Source: Malassezia furfur | Taxonomy: Eukaryota | NCBI GenBank assembly: GCA_052055015.1 | Contig: JBQJIT010000009.1 | DNA length: 64,000 nucleotides | Reading direction: 5' to 3' (one strand) | In this document: positions 58,473-64,000 of the stretch, piece by piece | Layout of the letters: every line of letters begins with the position of its first letter | How positions within the stretch are numbered: position 1 is the stretch's first letter | Notes under the pieces: generated by a model | What the model was told of the DNA's origin: nothing | Database searches by the model: none | Seen by the model: the letters and a program-made list of their open reading frames with translations, nothing else | Made by a program: the position numbers and the translations under genes

Positions 58473-61031
58473 TTAGTAGCTTGCCGAGACGCTCTGGTGG
58501 CCCTCGCGGTCGTGCATCGAGACCGAGTACTGACCTTGCGAGTGAAGGTTGCCCACGCTCTGCATCTGGTTGTGGTAGTACGAGTTGATCTGGTCGTGGG
58601 ACAGACCCGTACCGCCCAGCAGACCCTGCGCGAGGATCTGCTGCAGGTCGCTCTCCTCGCCGTTGAGCGCGTTGTGCGATGCGCGGCTCTGGGACGCGGT
58701 CATCACACCGTCGAGCAGCGAGCTGTCGCTCACGCCGTCAGACACGCGCGCAGCCTGCTGGCCACGGTGGTGCGACACACTCGACGTGGGGCGCGCCTGG
58801 CCGTTGTGGCGGGAACGCGTGAAGTGGCCCATCGACGAGGGGCTCGCACGGCCGCTGCTGCTCGCGTTGCCGCGGTGGTGGCTGCGCGACGCCGACGGGT
58901 GGTGGCCCGACGAGCTCGACGAGTCCGCCGCGTACGCAGTCGCACTCGGCGCAGACGACGAGCCGCTCGCGCTACCCGACGAGGTCGCATCGGTCGAGGC
59001 GGAGCCCGAGCTGCTCGACGACGGGTGCTTGTTGTTGTGGTGACGCGAGTGCGACGACGACGACGAGCCGCTGGGCGCCGAGCTCGACCACGACGACGAC
59101 TCCGTCGCAGAGCTGCCGGTGGGCGCCGACGACGACGACCACGAGTCGGTCGAAGTCGCGTCCGCAGACGACGAGCCCGTCGAGCTCGGGTCGGCCGACG
59201 ACGACGACACACGCTCCGGCGTGCCCATCTTGGGCTTACGCGTGCCCGAGGACGACGACGAGGTCGCCGCAGACGACAAGCCACTGTTGGTCGCCGCAGA
59301 CGACGAGCCGCTGTCCGTCGTCGACGACGGCTCACCGCTCGACGAGCTGCTCGCGCTCTCGCCGGTAGAGTCCGACAGCGCCGCAATGCGCGCCGGGCCG
59401 CCGAGGCCACCCGCACGCTTCTCGAGCGAGCGCTTCGACGCCGTAGCCGGGTCCGCAGCAACGGTAGGCGCAGCAACGGCCGAGTCCGTCGACGACGCAG
59501 CGTCGGTAGCCGAGTCCGTAGCCGAGGCGCTGGCCGAGTCGGTGGCCGAGTCGGTCGCGCTCGTGGGCACCGCCGTGTCCGTCGACGACGGCGAAGCCGA
59601 GCCCGAGGACGAGGCGGCGCTCGTCGACGCCGACGACGCACTACCCGACTTGGACTTGTGGTGCTTGCCGTGCTTCGACGAGTGGCTCGACGAGGCGCTC
59701 GCACTGGGCACCGACGAGCTGTGGTGCTTGTGGTGCTTGCTGTGCGTCGACGTCGCGGCGCCCGAGGTGCTGGCGTGGTGATGCTTGTGCGACGCCGTCG
59801 ACGTGCCGTGGTGCTTGTGGTGGTGCGACGAAGACGACGACGGCATGTTCGCATCGTCCGACATCTGCGCGAGCGCCTGGCGGCCCGACTCGGCGCCCGA
59901 GTACGGCGCGTACTCCGAGCTGCCCGAGTCACTGTCCTGGAGGAACACGTTGCCGCTCGTGGCCTCAGCGTTGCGCGAGCCCGAGTGGTGCGAGTGGTGA
60001 CGCGACGAGCCCGTCGAGCCCGAGGTGGCGCTCGAGCCAGTGCCCGTCTGCGCCGCGTTGGCCTGCGACTCGGGGATGTAGTGCTGGCCGCCAATGTTGA
60101 GCACAAAGGCGGGCGAGTTGCCGCTCGTGCCGTCGTTCTCACCGGTGCCCGAGTTGCTGTTGCTGCTGCTCAGCAGCTGGTTGACGTAGTCGTCGCTCGA
60201 GCCCGACGCGGCGTCCTGGCCGTCCTGCGTAGCGCTCTGGCCGTCCGTGTAAGCCTGGCGGCCAGACGACTGACCGGACGAGGAACCCGTTGAAGTGGCA
60301 TCGTCCGAGCCCGTGAGGCCGCTGCCGGAGTAGGCGTTCGAGTCGGTGCTGTCCGTGCTGCCGGTGTTGTCGGTGTCGTCGGAGACGTAGTCGCTCGAGC
60401 TGGCGTTCGAGTTCGAGCTGTCGTTCGAGTTCAAGCTGTCGTTCGACGTGCTGCCGACGTTCGAGCCCGTGTTACCACTGGACGCAGCGTTGGCGAGCGC
60501 ACCACGCGCACCCGAGCCCTGGGCGCTCTTCGGCAGCGAGAAGCCCCACGGGCCGTCCTCGCTGACCATGTCCGTCGCCGACGACGTCGACGACGACGAG
60601 TGGTGCGAGCGGCGGGCGTGCTGAGCCGCAGGGGTAGCCGCGTACGTGCTGTCCTTCTTCTCGATGACAAACGCAGGCGACTCCTTCTTGTGCTTCCCGT
60701 CGGAGAACACGACCACGAACTGGTTCTTGCCGGTAGAGTAGGGTGCCTTGATCGACACTCGGTTGTCGCCGGTCTTGGTGCCGTCGACGTTCGAGGCGAC
60801 CTTCTTCACCAGGTGCTTGCCAGTGGCGTCCACCTCGACCAGCGAGATGTCCATCTTCTTCCAGTCAGACGAGCCAGAGAGATCCGGCTGCCATGTGATG
60901 TTCATCATATGGCCGGGACGCGTCGCGGCTGGGGCCTCAGGCACGATGCCGTTGCTCGTCTTGGACACAGGCGCAGCGCTGGCGAGCATGCCCGTGGCCG
61001 AGATGAAAGCGGGGATGAAGCGGTACTGCAT
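58473..61031 (-). CDS. Secreted Ser/Thr/His-rich protein with N-terminal Kre9/Knh1-like (Ser-Thr-rich GPI-family) domain
   Basis: Signal peptide MQYRFIPAFISATGMLASA, then NITWQPD..WKKMDISL..VASNVDGT, then about 700 aa of low complexity. No hydrophobic GPI tail. Confidence 0.8.
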   Translation of the reverse strand: MQYRFIPAFISATGMLASAAPVSKTSNGIVPEAPAATRPGHMMNITWQPDLSGSSDWKKMDISLVEVDATGKHLVKKVASNVDGTKTGDNRVSIKAPYSTGKNQFVVVFSDGKHKKESPAFVIEKKDSTYAATPAAQHARRSHHSSSSTSSATDMVSEDGPWGFSLPKSAQGSGARGALANAASSGNTGSNVGSTSNDSLNSNDSSNSNASSSDYVSDDTDNTGSTDSTDSNAYSGSGLTGSDDATSTGSSSGQSSGRQAYTDGQSATQDGQDAASGSSDDYVNQLLSSSNSNSGTGENDGTSGNSPAFVLNIGGQHYIPESQANAAQTGTGSSATSGSTGSSRHHSHHSGSRNAEATSGNVFLQDSDSGSSEYAPYSGAESGRQALAQMSDDANMPSSSSSHHHKHHGTSTASHKHHHASTSGAATSTHSKHHKHHSSSVPSASASSSHSSKHGKHHKSKSGSASSASTSAASSSGSASPSSTDTAVPTSATDSATDSASASATDSATDAASSTDSAVAAPTVAADPATASKRSLEKRAGGLGGPARIAALSDSTGESASSSSSGEPSSTTDSGSSSAATNSGLSSAATSSSSSGTRKPKMGTPERVSSSSADPSSTGSSSADATSTDSWSSSSAPTGSSATESSSWSSSAPSGSSSSSHSRHHNNKHPSSSSSGSASTDATSSGSASGSSSAPSATAYAADSSSSSGHHPSASRSHHRGNASSSGRASPSSMGHFTRSRHNGQARPTSSVSHHRGQQAARVSDGVSDSSLLDGVMTASQSRASHNALNGEESDLQQILAQGLLGGTGLSHDQINSYYHNQMQSVGNLHSQGQYSVSMHDREGHQSVSASY
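59500..59560 (-). repeat. Coding tandem repeat (SATD)n in the secreted protein
   Basis: TSATDSATDSASASATDSATD; DNA units such as gccgagtccgta and gccgagtcggt. Confidence 0.6.
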
Positions 61032-61385
61032 TGCGAGTAGCGAATGAATGTAGATTGAGTAGGTGAGAGCACGCGATCAACGCTGTACCGAAGACACTCG
61101 GGGTGTGCGGTTACCAGAACCGCGGGAGAGAAAGGGAGAGGTGACGGAGCGGGGTTGCACCCCATCGCCAATATAAGCACTTCGCTCGTGGGCCATCAAT
61201 GGACCCACAGATCTCGGTACGCAGCGTAGATGCTCGTCGGCGCGCCGCGCCGCGTGGGTGGTGGAATTCGCGCAGGACCTGCATCACGTGGATCGGCGAA
61301 TGCGGGGCACGACCCTGGGTGAACATCTACCAATTCTACAACGCGCACGACCGGCGTATCGGCGTACGCGCATCGAGATCCTACC

Positions 61386-62915
61386 TCATCGCCACTGGTG
61401 CTGCTTCGCGCCAATGGCAACCGCAAGGTCCTCGAGCTCACGTCCCCATGCATGAGCTACCCCGGCCTGCCGGCGGCTCACCTGCTCCGCACGCGGCGCA
61501 AGCTCGAGCGTCCCCTCCACCTGGTCAATCCGACCGCGAATGCGCCCGTCGAGGATAAGCATCAGCACGAGCGACGTCACCCGTTCCTCTGCGAGCTGCA
61601 GCATGTCGGCCAATGCCGAGAGCCGGATGGAGCCATAGGGCCGCACAGCACCGATTAGGTATTGGATCCTCAGCTCCGTGAGCACGTCTGCAATGAACTC
61701 GCGGATAAAGTCGTCGTCGGTGAGCGTTGCATGGTTGTCTGGGTGAGCATGGCACGTACCGCGCACAATGCGCTCGGCACCCTGTACATCACGCCGCTGG
61801 TAGGCGTCGACAAGCGAGGTCATCGCGACAATGTTGGGGTCGTCGCGGTATGGCTTAGTCTCCTGCGAGTCAAATGGGTTGACGTCGCTACCCATAAGCA
61901 TGTGCGCTAGCACAAGATATTTGAGAACTTGGATGCGCAGCTGGCTTCCCGCTTCATCGTAGTTGCGGAACGCCTGGAAAAAGTCGACCTGCGCGGCCTC
62001 CCAGTTTTCTGCGTGAGCGTGCGACGTACTTTCGGCCATATGCATCTTACCGCCGCTCTCGCGAATCATGCCCATGGTGCGGGGGTGCGGAATCGCATTC
62101 TTGATTCGCATCGCTGCATCGTAGGTGTCCTGCATCAGTGTGTTGACCCACCTTGACTTTCTTCAGGTTGCCCATCTCGCGGTACATTTGGATCTCGAGC
62201 GCGAGCAGCTCCAGCATGAGCGTGCCCTTGGACTGTCCGTCGCCAGCATCGGCCGCGAACTCGTTTGCGCGCAGCTCACGCAGCGTCTCGGTAAGCCGCG
62301 CCCACTCTTTGCGCGACAGCCACAGCCGCGCAAGTTTCAGCTTAATCTTCATGTTGAGCCGGTCGCTCTGCGACGCGGCCAGCACCTCGTCTGTCGCTTG
62401 GTAGAATGCCTCGAGGATCGCGAGGGACGCATTCGACGCTGAGACGTAGTCGAGGATCGAGTTGACCGATTTTTCGCTGCATCAGTTTCCCACGTACGTG
62501 TAGTTTCGCGTTACGGCTGACTTGGTATACTTGAGCAGTGCGCGATAGGTCCGCAGCGCCTCTTCGTGCTGTCCCCGATGGAAATGGATCTTGGTCTGCT
62601 GCTTGAGCGCCTTGAATCCCCTGTGTGAGCGCATCCACATACCACTCGGTCATATCTGTCTCGGCATCCAAGATGTCCTGAAGCTCGCGGATCGCCGCGT
62701 CGGGCTGCTCAGCCTTGATGGCTGCGTCAGTGCGATGCATAGGTACCCTTCGCGTTGTAGTATTTGTTCTCGATATATGCGTCCGCATCTTGCTCATCGT
62801 CGTCGTCCTCATACTCGAAGTCATAGTCCTGCATAAGTCGGTTGCGCGCACCTCTTCGAGCGCATCGTCCATCATAAACTGCGTCAGTGGCGCGGCCTAC
62901 CTCCTCGTCCGACAT
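61386..62915 (-). CDS. CSN2: COP9 signalosome subunit 2
   Basis: MSDEEFMMDD..IENKYYNAK..EWGFKALKQ..VTRNYTEKSVNSILDY..IPHPR..NPFDSQETKPY. Eight introns: 62879-62900, 62829-62851, 62722-62746, 62621-62642, 62477-62497, 62130-62151, 62009-62029, 61739-61759. Confidence 0.95.
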
Positions 62916-63028
62916 CCTGGCGGCGCACGGTCGTTGCGGAGCTCGCCGATCGATCGGGGAAATATACACGTGCTGGACTCCCGGCCGTCGCGCAGCCGAA
63001 CCCCGTTTCCGATCGTCGATCGCTCGCC

Positions 63029-63745
63029 ATGGTCCTGGTACGTAGGCAGCTGCATTGTGCCTTCTTACACGCAGGAAAAGCTGTCCATCTACCCCCAGCC
63101 CGATCAACCGGTGACCGTCGTCGAGACCTCGAACGAGCTCGAGCGCCAGGTCGGTGGCATCCGCGAAGCCGTCCAGCGAGGCACGCGCGGGGCCTTGCAG
63201 TCGGTGCGCTCGGGCGTCGACCGCGTGGTGAACACGGAGCACAAGGTCGAGAGTAGGTTCACGAGGCACTAACGCAGACCGCTTTGACCAGCTCGTCGCC
63301 AAAGACGAGTCGCTCACGCCCAACGGCCTGTACGTCGGCGTTGCGACGCTCGCCAGCGTTGTGTTCACGCGGTACCGTACGTGTTGCTACTCACCCAGGC
63401 TCGTTCCCGATTCGCTGGTTCACGCCGCCGCTTGTGCTTGCGCTGTCCTTCAAGTACTTCCTGCCGCACACCTTTGACAACACGGCGGAATACTACGATG
63501 CGGTGGAGCACAAGAACTTCCCGCAGTTCAGCGAGAAGCGCCAGAATGTTTGGTCGACGATCAAGCGCACCTACTTCACTGGTGTGTCGCACCTTGAGCG
63601 CACGGGCGAGCAGGCCAAGGATGCCCTCGCGTCGGGCGTTCACAGCATGGAAAACAGCACCGGCCTCAAGCTCGGCTCGGTGCTGCCGACGGGCACGGTG
63701 CCGGAGTCGGCGCCGAAACTGGCCGACAAGACCAAGCTCGTGTAA
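63029..63745 (+). CDS. MICOS subunit Mic26/Mic27 (ApoO-like)
   Basis: EKLSIYP..LTPNGLYVGVATLASVVFTRYRSFPIRWFTPP..YFLPHT. Introns 63038-63074, 63253-63277, 63377-63398. Confidence 0.8.
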
Positions 63746-63766
63746 TAGGGTATAGCCAACTCGATC

Positions 63767-64000
63767 CTATCGCTTTGCATGGCCAGGCGCCAAGAGTTGT
63801 CCTGCGAGACGCCGCCCAGCCGCGCTCAGTTGCGGCGCGCGCTGCGCTCGCGAAAACGCCGGCGCCGTTCGCACAGGCTTGGGTCGCTTTGCGCGCGCCT
63901 CATGAAAGTCGCGGCGCACAACTGGTGTCGACAGGCTAGGGTCCGTGGACGACTCGCCGACCAGCGGCAGGTCGTCGCTCCACCCAATGCGCTCGCGCAG
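63767..64000 (-). CDS. Probable 3' end of a gene entering from the right edge
   Basis: 78 open codons from the window edge to TAG at 63767-63769, convergent with and 21 bp from the previous stop, matching local gene spacing. No motif recognised. Confidence 0.4.
   Translation of the reverse strand: MRERIGWSDDLPLVGESSTDPSLSTPVVRRDFHEARAKRPKPVRTAPAFSRAQRAPQLSAAGRRLAGQLLAPGHAKR

Noticed and set aside
58900..59840. gacgacgac/gtcgtc repeats resembling an array or CRISPR
   Set aside because: These are poly-Ser (TCG) codon runs of the secreted protein. There is no repeat-spacer structure and the context is eukaryotic.

Overview
Very compact, GC-rich fungal chromosome segment. Gene content, gene density and intron style fit a basidiomycete yeast, most likely Malassezia (my inference). 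I can reconstruct about 40 mostly housekeeping protein-coding genes, including RVB2, GSH2, DES1, the complex I 51 kDa subunit, SHY1, SEC5, RPN5, ADO1, an ABCC transporter, SGF11, NDK, GPX, ARG3, FRG1, PFK-2, SMC6, TUL1, TAF1, TatD and CSN2. I see no rRNA, tRNA, CRISPR array or recognisable transposon. The most striking feature is splicing. Restoring reading frames by hand gives 71 predicted GT-AG introns of 21-37 nt, 51 of them 21-23 nt and none shorter than 21. They share a rigid GTR(C/N)GT...CTNA(C/T)-N2-3-AG geometry, and in the short introns I indexed the branch A is at position 16 or later. Other observations: micro-exons down to 5 nt, convergent genes with abutting stop codons, head-to-head ATGs 38-75 bp apart, CACGTG in many promoters, a Zn2Cys6 factor with metallothionein-like Cys clusters, a secreted His-rich Kex2-site protein, a candidate divergent XLF/Nej1 and an orphan intronless gene. 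All intron and gene models are manual predictions without RNA evidence.
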